Part shown: positions 10,101 through 18,535 of the stretch, one piece after another
Position numbering within the stretch: position 1 is the first letter of the stretch
How the letters are laid out: every line of letters begins with the position of its first letter
DNA from: Candidatus Altimarinota bacterium
Lineage (GTDB): Bacteria > Patescibacteriota > Gracilibacteria > CAIRYL01 > GCA-016699755
Assembly (NCBI GenBank): GCA_963664295.1
Contig: OY760935.1
Coordinates: 576,001 to 640,000 of the forward strand
Direction: 5' to 3'
Length of the DNA stretch: 64,000 nt
Notes under the pieces: model-generated
What the model was told of the DNA's origin: nothing
The model's database searches: none
Seen by the model: the letters and a program-made list of their open reading frames with translations, nothing else
Position numbers and translations under genes: made by a program

Positions 10101-10522
10101 TTGTTTAAAATTATGCCTGCCAAATCATCTATTAAGGCTTGTAAATCATTTGGTTTTATTATTATTTCATCTTCTTTTAATGCCTCTAAAAATTTATACA
10201 AATCTGAGCGCTCATCTTCTTTTCTTTCCCCTCCTACATCAAAAATAACAGAATTTATATCTGTATCTGGAAAATCTTTTTTTAATCTCTCATATAATCT
10301 TGTTTCAATTTCTTTTTTTATCCTTTCCCGTGTCTTTTTTTCATCAATTTTTTCTACTACCTCTGTTTCTTTTGATCCAGGAATAGGCACAGTTTCTTTT
10401 GCATAAACTGTATATGGGCTTAAATCTTTAACTAAATCATCAAAATAATTATCTATTTGATCAGCTCGCTCTATAACGGGCTCTTTTTCTCCTGCCGGCA
10501 ATTTTCCTTCTATTTCTGCCAC
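7178..10522 (-). CDS. Large coiled-coil protein with C-terminal hydrophobic segments
   Basis: 1114-aa ORF, E/K/Q/L-rich heptads; no P-loop, so not called SMC. Confidence 0.8.
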   Translation of the reverse strand: MAEIEGKLPAGEKEPVIERADQIDNYFDDLVKDLSPYTVYAKETVPIPGSKETEVVEKIDEKKTRERIKKEIETRLYERLKKDFPDTDINSVIFDVGGERKEDERSDLYKFLEALKEDEIIIKPNDLQALIDDLAGIILNKRKGLYQHTGEVITEKTAREEAEKRQVSWEAVENLKSFFAQGLENVKEREAKVAELKADASQLRIKVFNLEQEAKQLAEKKELLRQNYQIDRMLTEEDRKELDKTKERIADINLKLNGGGKNETKGLRTKLKERDDEIEKLQKVDDKLIAEIIKKEDLLLTGTKDRLKERLDMFKELNIQDQPLVKLREFLQDQLAQSEKLELKEEHQKRFLALHREVDFFEKSFEDAISTIEIKILTARKARIEKRLLKKMQELEEDPKNKGLLEEIRLLKKILAEETMDKRRIRAIERAERDILNNSALGSELQLGILQESKFLAERLPKIAQKRQEILDFIKLLSTKTPQEFTDYFKEQQVDLRKQIQDLEQAIAKGTEAKDLLKEELKPIEQAIKEKVKLRDPLKERINVLTQELLQTLERKEKLAQEAERLKAFINPDINPKVKMQWEKGDDDQLFLEQKQKIEAIVQQIDPLDAEIAEKNQEIQKLTQQTKAIDAEIVQKNQAIAEFNQQIDDFDSKIKQMKERLNLLTRTPYNVAYLQKVILDFYRTAGSSKFVNASEIRKSSEQQMLLARATIKSDTASPAEKARAEEDFIFHKAIVDLMKEEIHSPRAIANNKEIIAEAKRRQEQAEKEQKRESGELFDGVDEKIKTAIQARKEEIINKNGDCLHMMDQVVLFIQTNGAHMSEDLFKFLNDSRDDTQAVKIKKLFVDKAKKGLTDKELKKLKTQGHIKNAAVLELCAEARAIHARNLAMNKEQYGEFTEDRYGDARGVNAFTMRRSREDYNRETDLNANMTPGNIFRFFAFFYGAATTLANTLVSFRSGNWDNEYIALGGGIMYASYKGGDWIDNARDPEGMRFRLASDLSTSTKGKRILECFRNENEMKLVNMIDWKKVQKNPRKYFSSKQDRDKTKWQDASLSSFPTKDSVDEALFKATIQENIGGEIEAKQRYDFLRFIAYKEKVFPNQGAIQEMVYHAKRL

Positions 10523-10527
10523 TTTTT

Positions 10528-11025
10528 TTAAAGCTTAAAAAGGCGAATTAAAATTTCAGAAAAAGTTTCTGTGCGATTTTTCCATTCAGAAACCTCCTGA
10601 CTCAAAAGAGCTCTTACCTCTGCTGGATTTTGATCTCCCAATTGAATTGCGATCTGACGCACAACTCCACGAGTAATACGCAAATTAAGCGTTTTTACAT
10701 GAGGAGGATCATAAATAATCCAAAAAAGACCAATGTCTTCATAAGGATAAAACCTTGGACCAAACTTAATTCCTGCATCTGTTATTACAATATCTACAAT
10801 TTCCGGCTTGTGGTTATATGTCAAAAAAAACACTACTGCCAAAAGCACAACCACAACTGAAAAAGCGATTGAATCAGTTAAGATTCCATAAAGAATAAGG
10901 CCAACAACTAAAACACTCATCACAAAAACCCAAACAGGTCCTCTTTTGTGCTCTAAAAACTCTGGCGCTTGCCAGGCAATAAGCGGTGTTCCATAGGAAA
11001 TTTGGTTTTTATTTTCAGTTGTCAT
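10528..11025 (-). CDS. Small two-TM membrane protein (W.APEF..H.RG..W, CPR-typical)
   Basis: Two TM helices followed by a PH-like beta region. Confidence 0.8.
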   Translation of the reverse strand: MTTENKNQISYGTPLIAWQAPEFLEHKRGPVWVFVMSVLVVGLILYGILTDSIAFSVVVVLLAVVFFLTYNHKPEIVDIVITDAGIKFGPRFYPYEDIGLFWIIYDPPHVKTLNLRITRGVVRQIAIQLGDQNPAEVRALLSQEVSEWKNRTETFSEILIRLFKL

Positions 11026-11108
11026 TTTTATTTATATTTTATCCTTATATTATCTCATAAAATAAAGAAAAAATCAATTTAGCTGTCTTGGCTAAACAAA
11101 AAACTTCA

Positions 11109-11136
11109 TTGACAAAAATAGGTTATAAATTATAAT
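11109..11136 (+). promoter_or_regulatory. Consensus sigma70 promoter TTGACA-16-TATAAT pointing into repeat array 2
   Basis: Exact hexamers; no plus-strand ORF downstream. Confidence 0.55.
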
Positions 11137-11167
11137 ATTATTCTTACTTAAAAAATTTATTCCCGTA

Positions 11168-11570
11168 TGTCATTCTGATGGAATGAAATCACCTTTTTTG
11201 TCATTCTGAGCGGAAAACACAACCTTTCTGTCATTCTGAGCGTAATGAAATGGAGCGAAGAATCTCCTTGTCCATGCGCTCAAGTCCTGCCTTAGGTAAT
11301 TCAACAGTAATGACAACGGGAGATCCTTCGCTTCGCCTAAAGGCTCGCTCAGGATGACAGAATAAGGGGGATGGATGACATTACATTTGTCATTGTGGAT
11401 TTCTTGAAGGTGTCATTATGAGCTTTTTGGGGGTGTCGTTGCGGGCTACGACCCGCAATCTCGGGAGGCAGGAGGTGTCATTCTGAGCGTAAAACACACC
11501 CTTACTGTCATTCTGAGCGAAGTGAAATGGAGCGAAGAATCTCCTTTTCCATTTGCTCAAGTCTTGCCTA
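11168..11570. repeat. Array 2 of TGTC-tagged palindromic repeats
   Basis: Many TGTCATT units; 131-bp doublet at 11229-11359 is near-identical to 3631-3761. Confidence 0.9.
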
Positions 11571-11580
11571 CATAAAAATA

Positions 11581-13389
11581 TTACTTCTTCTTTTTTAAAG
11601 AAATTATATTTTTCTCAATTTTCGCCTTAATTTCCTTAAGCCTAAGTGCGTTTAATTTATGTAAAAAACGAGCCAATTCACTATCTGATTTATGTTGTTT
11701 ATTCATTTTTTGCGCCTCTTCTTTGCCAAACAAAGAAACATGAGCAAGCTCCTCCTCAAGATCATAAATTTCTCTATTGATCGAGTGAATATGATGAGCA
11801 CTTAAATATGGCTTTAGTATTATATAATCCACTCCCCTATTAAACATTTCCAATCCCTCACGAGCAGAATTTGCAATAGCAATAACAATTGGTTTTTTGC
11901 TTAAATCCATTTGCTCTAAATGTTTTAAAAGAAAATAGTTATCATTCTTACTTGGCAAAGTGCTAATAATAATCTCTGCGTCCTCCAAATCAAGCTTACT
12001 CAAAAGATCAGTGTCATTTGCATCACCAAAGATACAATTTATGTTTTTAGACATCAATTTTTTAATTACTGCGTTGTTGTAGTCAACAACCACATAATCC
12101 TCCTTAAAACTCAAAATTTGCTCCAAAATCTGCTCTCCAATTTGATCACAACCAAGAATAACAATGTGATTTAAATATTGATTATCCTTATTACCATTTA
12201 TTCTATCTTTTTTGCTTAATTCAAAAATAGAAAGATATTTTTTTAATTTTTCATAAAGTTCTTCGTTGTAGGTTATCATGTAAGTTGAAACTACCATGGT
12301 AATCATGCCGATCATACCGATCATTGAGGTAATTTGATCATTAATGTGTCCTATTTTGTGCCCAAAAGTAATAACAATCAAAGAAAACTCACTGATATTT
12401 GCTAAGCTAACACCAACAAAAAAAGCATTACGCTTGTCATAGCCCAATAAGCCCATTGTGGTCATGATAATTATTGGTGTGCCAATAAGCACAAAAATAG
12501 AAATAACAACCAAAGGAACAAGAATACTGCCTATAGAGCTAAACACAAGCCCAGCACCCAAGCCAGCAAAGAAAATAGTGATAAAAAAATCACGAATTAC
12601 TTTTGCTTTTGAATTAATTTCAAATGTATAAGGCAAATTTGCCAAACTCATACCTGCAATAAAAGCTCCGATTTCCATCGAAAAACCAATTTCCATCGCA
12701 ATAATGGAAATAAAAAAACACCAACTTAAACTAAAAAGAACCAATAACTCATGTGAGGTTGCAATCTTTGCATAAAGATATTTGAGAATTTTTTCTGCAA
12801 AAACAATAGTGGCAACACCTAATGCAATTCCTTTAGCAAGAAGAAAAAGAAAATTAAGAACATCAAACTGAAAAGAACCTTCTTTAAATCCAGCCAAAAA
12901 AAGCAAAGTCATAATTGCCAAAACATCCTGCACAATCAAAACACCAATGCAAATCTGACCATAAAAAGAATTAGTATCTTTTTTATCAGACATCAATTTA
13001 ACTGCAATAATCGTACTAGAAAAGGTTAAAGCAATAGCAATATATGAGCTTTCTAATAGGCTAAAATTAAACAACACCCCTAAAACAAGCCCCACTATGG
13101 CAGTTATGCTTATCTGCCCTATACTAACTAGCAAAGAAACTCCTCCTAAATCTTTTAATCTTCCCCAATTCATCTCCAATCCAACCAAAAAAAGCATAAG
13201 CATAACACCAATTCCAGAAATTGCGTGCACAAAATCCGGATCAGGAATTAAGCCAAACCCAAAAGGCCCAAGCAAAATACCAGCCAAAATATACGCTAAA
13301 ATAAGCGGCTGCTTGAAGTAATAACCCACAACAGCTACTCCGGCTGAAGCAAGAATTACTAAGCCAATTTCAAAAATTAAGGTTTCTAT
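11581..13389 (-). CDS. CPA2/Kef-type cation:proton antiporter with C-terminal TrkA_N (RCK) domain; start uncertain (GTG 13329 or ATA 13389)
   Basis: QP.ILAYILAGILLGP, LFLVGLE, SSTI, QD and GAFIAG motifs; HIVILGC..G Rossmann RCK domain. Confidence 0.9.
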   Translation of the reverse strand: METLIFEIGLVILASAGVAVVGYYFKQPLILAYILAGILLGPFGFGLIPDPDFVHAISGIGVMLMLFLVGLEMNWGRLKDLGGVSLLVSIGQISITAIVGLVLGVLFNFSLLESSYIAIALTFSSTIIAVKLMSDKKDTNSFYGQICIGVLIVQDVLAIMTLLFLAGFKEGSFQFDVLNFLFLLAKGIALGVATIVFAEKILKYLYAKIATSHELLVLFSLSWCFFISIIAMEIGFSMEIGAFIAGMSLANLPYTFEINSKAKVIRDFFITIFFAGLGAGLVFSSIGSILVPLVVISIFVLIGTPIIIMTTMGLLGYDKRNAFFVGVSLANISEFSLIVITFGHKIGHINDQITSMIGMIGMITMVVSTYMITYNEELYEKLKKYLSIFELSKKDRINGNKDNQYLNHIVILGCDQIGEQILEQILSFKEDYVVVDYNNAVIKKLMSKNINCIFGDANDTDLLSKLDLEDAEIIISTLPSKNDNYFLLKHLEQMDLSKKPIVIAIANSAREGLEMFNRGVDYIILKPYLSAHHIHSINREIYDLEEELAHVSLFGKEEAQKMNKQHKSDSELARFLHKLNALRLKEIKAKIEKNIISLKKKK

Positions 13390-13455
13390 TTTTATTTTAA
13401 TATATCTTTATATTTTACAGTAAATAAGGGCTTTTTTCAAGGGGATTAAGCAGGC

Positions 13456-14433
13456 TTAAGAGGTATTTTTGATAAATACTTTAAGTAATTCAATAAAACC
13501 ATAAGTATTTACAAAATAATTATTTTTATTTTTTTTTAAATTTTGCAAAATATTTTTTCTTTGCTCAAATGGCTTACCACTTTTTATTGCTTCATTTGCT
13601 AATAAGTTAAAATAAATACCATCCAAAAAAGAAATATAGTGAACATCTTTATCTTGATGTGATATAAAATCTATAATCTCAGACATTTGCTTATCTTGAC
13701 CACCTCCAGACTCTTTCATGTGTTTATGCTCCATAATAAGAATATGGTCATTAATTTTGATTAAAAAGTCTGTCTGTTTTTTCTGCTTATTTTTTGACCA
13801 CTTAAATTTTAACTTAAAATGTTTTAATATTTTTTCAAACAAAATCTTGTCTGCTTTGTCAGGACATATATAAATATGATTACTTTTAATAAATTCATCT
13901 ATATTTTTTGATGAAAAATATGAAAATCCAAACTGATTCAAGATATTTATAATTTTTTTATTTGCAGCATTGCCATTACCTTTATGTGCTTTTGAGTCTT
14001 TGATCGCCTGCAACGAAGAAAATGAATAACCGTGAATTTTATACAACAAGTGTCTATCTTTTATAAATTCTGGTATTACATTTTTTAAAAACTCAATTTG
14101 TATAAAATGATTTGAATTAAATGTTTTATAAGCACTATATGACATATCTTTCAATGCCCAATAACTTGTAAATTCAGTATTATTTATTCCAGATGTTTTT
14201 AAAATTTTTACAATATTCTCCAATATAATATTTTGCATTTTTTTATTTTTTGACTTAATAGCAATTTTATATGCAGCAATGTTGTCACATATTTCCACAT
14301 TGGATTTCATTAAGTTGTTTAGCTTTTTTGGATTGTCAGTAATTATCGGCTTACTATCTTTTACATAATATTCATCAATATAAGATTCTTTATTTTTTAT
14401 GCTTAAGCTAAAAATTTGAATATTACTAATCAT
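13456..14433 (-). CDS. Putative type II restriction endonuclease
   Basis: TDF...EHK PD-(D/E)xK-like motif followed by GGGQD; directly downstream of an MTase; very AT-rich. Confidence 0.55.
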   Translation of the reverse strand: MISNIQIFSLSIKNKESYIDEYYVKDSKPIITDNPKKLNNLMKSNVEICDNIAAYKIAIKSKNKKMQNIILENIVKILKTSGINNTEFTSYWALKDMSYSAYKTFNSNHFIQIEFLKNVIPEFIKDRHLLYKIHGYSFSSLQAIKDSKAHKGNGNAANKKIINILNQFGFSYFSSKNIDEFIKSNHIYICPDKADKILFEKILKHFKLKFKWSKNKQKKQTDFLIKINDHILIMEHKHMKESGGGQDKQMSEIIDFISHQDKDVHYISFLDGIYFNLLANEAIKSGKPFEQRKNILQNLKKNKNNYFVNTYGFIELLKVFIKNTS

Positions 14434-14444
14434 AATTTAAGTTA

Positions 14445-15455
14445 TTAAAATAATTTTACACTTGGCATAACTTTTTCATAAGCTTCTTCTAAGATAGCTC
14501 TTGCTGTTTGATAATCTAACCTTCTTCTTCTTTCGCCATTTTTTTTATTACCTTTAAATGGCGAAAGAAGAAGATCATTAGTTTTTAATCTAAAACTAAA
14601 TAGTATTTGATTACTTTTTTTAATTATCTTTTCAATTGCTTCTTCGTCTGCTTTCATTTCAATTAAAGTTATCAATCTTGAGCTAACTTTTATTGTACTA
14701 AGATCATAATCAATCTCTTCTGGTTTCATAAACTGAATTAACTTTTTTGTGCTTGTTGTGTCTACTGCCCTCAATGCTATTTGCCCTCTAGATGAATTAA
14801 ATCTTATATCAATATGTTTTTGTGGTATTTTTCTCATTTTTTCTATTTCTGCAAAATTACCAATATACTTATCATTTTTATAAACTTTTATTTGACTATA
14901 ATCTTTATTTTTATTATCAAAACAAATTACACATACAGGATTTTCTGTGTCAAAAAACATTAAATCCTCAATTATTGTAATATTTTGTATTCTGTGTTTT
15001 GGAAACGATGAATTAATAAATGTTTCTGGGACTATCATTACTCCAAAATCATTATTCTCCATACACCTGCTAATTGCTAATTGATATAAATCATTATAAG
15101 AACACATATTAAAATATTTACTAACTCCGTCATAAATGCCTTTTCTTTTTGCGCTATAGTTTGTTAAGTACGGCGGATTAGTGATAATTATAGAGTTTTT
15201 TATTCTGGGAATATGTTCTAAGCTATTATTAAATTTCCAACCCAAAAATTCATCTATATCTAAACCAACAACTTTTGAAAAACCTATTTTTTTAGCAATA
15301 TTTAATAAATCTCCATTGCCAGCAAATGGATCAAAAGCTATTTCTGCTTTAGTAGACTTAATAAAACCTAAAACATGATCTTTTAACCAAAAATGTTTTT
15401 TTGTAAAAAACTGACCCAAACTTTTCTTTTTTGCAATTATACTCATTAACTTCAT
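14445..15455 (-). CDS. N6-adenine DNA methyltransferase (gamma class)
   Basis: GQFFT (motif X), FDPFAGNG (motif I), NPPY (motif IV), DLY. Confidence 0.85.
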   Translation of the reverse strand: MKLMSIIAKKKSLGQFFTKKHFWLKDHVLGFIKSTKAEIAFDPFAGNGDLLNIAKKIGFSKVVGLDIDEFLGWKFNNSLEHIPRIKNSIIITNPPYLTNYSAKRKGIYDGVSKYFNMCSYNDLYQLAISRCMENNDFGVMIVPETFINSSFPKHRIQNITIIEDLMFFDTENPVCVICFDNKNKDYSQIKVYKNDKYIGNFAEIEKMRKIPQKHIDIRFNSSRGQIALRAVDTTSTKKLIQFMKPEEIDYDLSTIKVSSRLITLIEMKADEEAIEKIIKKSNQILFSFRLKTNDLLLSPFKGNKKNGERRRRLDYQTARAILEEAYEKVMPSVKLF

Positions 15456-15463
15456 TTTACAAT

Positions 15464-15491
15464 AAAAAAACTCTTTTTAAAAAGAGTTTTT
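15464..15491 (-). terminator. Terminator after tRNA-Tyr
   Basis: AAAAACTCTTTT-TA-AAAAGAGTTTTT IR immediately 3' of CCA. Confidence 0.65.
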
Positions 15492-15492
15492 A

Positions 15493-15577
15493 TGGTGGGC
15501 AGTGAGGGATTCGAACCCCCGAACTCAGAGAGAGCAGATTTACAGTCTGCCGCCGTTGACCGCTTGGCTAACTGCCC
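15493..15577 (-). tRNA. tRNA-Tyr(GTA)
   Basis: GGGCAGT/ACTGCCC acceptor, GCAGA-CTGTAAA-TCTGC anticodon arm, long variable arm, GTTCGAAT, encoded CCA. Confidence 0.95.
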
Positions 15578-15794
15578 ACGATTATATAATTTATTGCTAA
15601 TTTTTAAGTTTCTGGAGAACAGTTGCTAAGTCTGCACGGGTTGACCGCTTGGCTAACTGCCCACGATTATATAATTTATTGCTAATTTTTAAGTTTCTGG
15701 AGAACAGTTGCTAAGTCTGCACGGGTTGACCGCTTGGCTAACTGCCCACGATTATATAATTTATTGCTAATTTTTAAGTTTCTGGAGAACAGTT
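15555..15794. repeat. 85-bp tandem repeat (~2.8 copies) containing the tRNA-Tyr 5' end and upstream spacer
   Basis: GTTGACCGCTTGGCTAACTGCCCACG... starts at 15555, 15640, 15725. Confidence 0.92.
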
Positions 15795-15840
15795 TGCAAA
15801 ATTTATACAAAATTCTAACTGCTCTTGCAAATTACAAAGC

Positions 15841-15915
15841 TGGAGCCAGCACTCGGATTCGAACCGAGGACCTGCCGCTTACAAGGCGGATGCTCTACCA
15901 CTGAGCTATGCTGGC
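15841..15915 (-). tRNA. tRNA-Thr(TGT)
   Basis: GCCAGCA/TGCTGGC acceptor, CCGCC-TTGTAA-GCGG anticodon arm, CCA. Confidence 0.95.
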
Positions 15916-15966
15916 AATATAAAGCACAATCTTTTCTTGTAAAAGGTCGAGAAAAATTGTACTCGT

Positions 15967-16608
15967 TTAACTAATTTCTGTCAAAGCTTTCTCAATGTCT
16001 TCAGTCACTTTTTCAATAGACTGTTCACCATCAATCCTGATTATCTTGCCTTCTTCTTGATATTTTTCAATAGCTGGCAAAGTTTCTTTCATAAAATTTT
16101 CTATTCTTGCAAGAATAGCTTTTTCGTTATCATCACTGCGCTTAACAAGCTCTCCTCCACAAGCATCACAATTTTCTTCTGTGTATTTAGCTGGGAAAAC
16201 TTTTTTACAATTTTGACAAATTCTGCGATTTAATAATCTATTTTTTGACTCTTGCTCTGATATATCAATCCAAACTCCCATAAAATTGTCTCTGTCTATT
16301 TTTTGCAAAAGAGCATCAAAAGTTTCTTTTTGCTCCATGCTTCTTGGAATACCATCAAACAAAACAGCTCCCTCCCCTGCTTGATTTAACAAAAAATCTT
16401 CAATTACATCCATTACTATACTGTTTGTGACTAAATTACCACTTTCAATAATCTCTTTTACCTTATTGCCAAGCTCTGTGCCACTTGAGGCAATAGAGCG
16501 TAAAGCACCGCCAGTTTCAAAAATAGTCAAATCGTGTTCTTTGGCTATAATTGCACCTTGGGTACCTTTTCCTGATCCTTGAATTCCAAAAAAAATCAAA
16601 TCTTTCAT
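15967..16608 (-). CDS. adk: Adenylate kinase (Zn-lid type)
   Basis: GIQGSGKGTQ, DGIPR, CxxC...CxxC lid, RSDD; follows secY. Confidence 0.95.
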   Translation of the reverse strand: MKDLIFFGIQGSGKGTQGAIIAKEHDLTIFETGGALRSIASSGTELGNKVKEIIESGNLVTNSIVMDVIEDFLLNQAGEGAVLFDGIPRSMEQKETFDALLQKIDRDNFMGVWIDISEQESKNRLLNRRICQNCKKVFPAKYTEENCDACGGELVKRSDDNEKAILARIENFMKETLPAIEKYQEEGKIIRIDGEQSIEKVTEDIEKALTEIS

Positions 16609-16613
16609 GTTTT

Positions 16614-18023
16614 TTATGTTAATTTTTCGTAATCATGCATAAGAAGCTGAGAATTAACTTGGCGAATAAGCTCAAGCACAACACCAACTACGATAATCAA
16701 ACCTGATCCGGAAATAATAAGATCAGAAGAGCTCAAATCAGTAAACATAGTAAACACAAGCGGAACCAAGGCAATAAAGCCAAGGAAAGAGCCTCCCCAA
16801 AGATTCATACGATTAGAAACTTTACCTAAATGTTCTGCTGTTTCTTTGCCTGGACGTACACCAGGAATAAAACCACCTCTTTTTTGCAAATTTTCTGCAA
16901 CATTTTCAGGATTAAAGGTTATAGAAACATAAAAATAACTAAACAACACAATAAGAAGAAAGTATAAAAGTAGATATTCTGGTGTTGGATTGCCTGAGTT
17001 AAAATGAGCATTCCAAAAAGTAATAGCTTGTTCTGTTATTGATAATTCTGGCATTTTTGTTGCCAATCCTGACAAAACTCCTTCGTATGAGCCAATATTT
17101 TTGCCCCAAAAATCAGTAAAAACTTCCAAATTTGCATAAGTCCCTAAGTTGGTAAACTTGCTTGGATCCATAAAAAATCTTAAGAATACACTTGGGAATG
17201 TAATCATTGAAACAGCAAAGATAATTGGAATCATACCAGCTTGCAAAATACGGATAGGCAACACTGATTTTTCACCTCTTGCTGTACGAGAAGTATGAGT
17301 CACTGTTATTGCTCTGTGTGCATCAGTAAAGATAACAACCAAAATCAAAAGAGCGACTGTCACAAGTGCAAAAACTGCAAAAGGGAGAACTTTTTCAGTT
17401 GCACCCAATTGAGCATTAGATAAAAGATTAACAACAACGCCTGGCATTGCGGCTACGATACCTGCAAAGATAATCATTGAAATACCATTACCTATTCCTT
17501 TTTCTGTAATTAATTCACCTAGCCACATTAAAAACACTGTACCTGCGGAAATTGTTATCATTGCAGGCAAAACCTCGGCTGGGTTTGTGTAATCAATAAA
17601 AGCTCCTTCTGCACCATGCGTAGAATTAGCAAGAAGCACTATCATTCCGTAAGACTGCATAAAGGCTAATGGAAAAGTAAGCCAACGAGTTATGCTATTA
17701 ATTTTTTTTCTTCCTGCTTCACCCTCTTTACTCATTGCTTCTAATTTTGGAATAGCTACTGTCATCAGTTGCACTATAATCGAAGCATTGATATAAGGAG
17801 AAAGTCCCATCATGATAATAGAAAAATTCTCCATAGAACCACCTGTTAAAGCAGCAAAAATAGAAAGCGCTCCACCAGCACTAAAAGTTTCCTTAAGCAC
17901 TGTAGGATCAATCCCTGGTACTGTTATATGTGCAGCAAGACGAAATACAAAAATAACAAATATTGTGAATAATATTTTATTTCTAAGGCTTTTTGTGTTC
18001 CAAATTCTTGATAAGTAATTCAT
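16614..18023 (-). CDS. secY: Preprotein translocase SecY
   Basis: GLSPYINASI, WLGELITEKGIGNGIS, GMIPIIFA, IPGVRPG. Confidence 0.98.
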   Translation of the reverse strand: MNYLSRIWNTKSLRNKILFTIFVIFVFRLAAHITVPGIDPTVLKETFSAGGALSIFAALTGGSMENFSIIMMGLSPYINASIIVQLMTVAIPKLEAMSKEGEAGRKKINSITRWLTFPLAFMQSYGMIVLLANSTHGAEGAFIDYTNPAEVLPAMITISAGTVFLMWLGELITEKGIGNGISMIIFAGIVAAMPGVVVNLLSNAQLGATEKVLPFAVFALVTVALLILVVIFTDAHRAITVTHTSRTARGEKSVLPIRILQAGMIPIIFAVSMITFPSVFLRFFMDPSKFTNLGTYANLEVFTDFWGKNIGSYEGVLSGLATKMPELSITEQAITFWNAHFNSGNPTPEYLLLYFLLIVLFSYFYVSITFNPENVAENLQKRGGFIPGVRPGKETAEHLGKVSNRMNLWGGSFLGFIALVPLVFTMFTDLSSSDLIISGSGLIIVVGVVLELIRQVNSQLLMHDYEKLT

Positions 18024-18036
18024 AAGGTTTAGTTAA

Positions 18037-18528
18037 TTATTTTTCTTGAGTTTCTTTTTTTGGAGCTTTTTTTTCTGCTTTTATTTCATTTTCTATTTTT
18101 CCGCCTGCTTTTTCGATTTTTTTGCGAGCAGAAGCAGAAACAGCAACTCCTTGAAAAGTGATTTTTTTTGTTAATTCACCATTACCAAGCACTTTAATCA
18201 TATTTTTTTTCTTAGTAATTCTTTTTTCTCTCACTGTTTCCAATGAAACAGTTTCACCATCTTTATAAAGTTCTTCAATTTTTGCTAAATTAAGAGGTGT
18301 AAATTCTTCTTTGTTTGGATTTTTAAACCCTTTTAATTTTGGAATTCGTCTTAAAAGTGGGGTTTGACCACCTTCAAAGCCAAGACGAACTCCCCCTCCT
18401 GTGCGAGAATTTTGACCTTTCATGCCTCTTCCTGAGTATGTACCTTTTCCAGAAGCATTACCTCTTCCTAGTCTTTTACTTTTTTTGCGAGCACCTGCCG
18501 CTGGCTTTAAATCATGAAGTTTAACCAT
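18037..18528 (-). CDS. rplO: 50S ribosomal protein L15
   Basis: RLGRG..SGKG..SGRG.KGQ, FEGGQTPL.RR.PK. Confidence 0.98.
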   Translation of the reverse strand: MVKLHDLKPAAGARKKSKRLGRGNASGKGTYSGRGMKGQNSRTGGGVRLGFEGGQTPLLRRIPKLKGFKNPNKEEFTPLNLAKIEELYKDGETVSLETVREKRITKKKNMIKVLGNGELTKKITFQGVAVSASARKKIEKAGGKIENEIKAEKKAPKKETQEK

Positions 18529-18535
18529 ATTAGTA

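Noticed and set aside
7178-10522. SMC or phage tape-measure protein
   Set aside because: No Walker motifs or hinge, and no phage genes nearby.
15640-15750. Additional functional or split tRNA-Tyr genes
   Set aside because: Only 5' portions are present with a disrupted D-stem partner; no matching separate 3' half seen.
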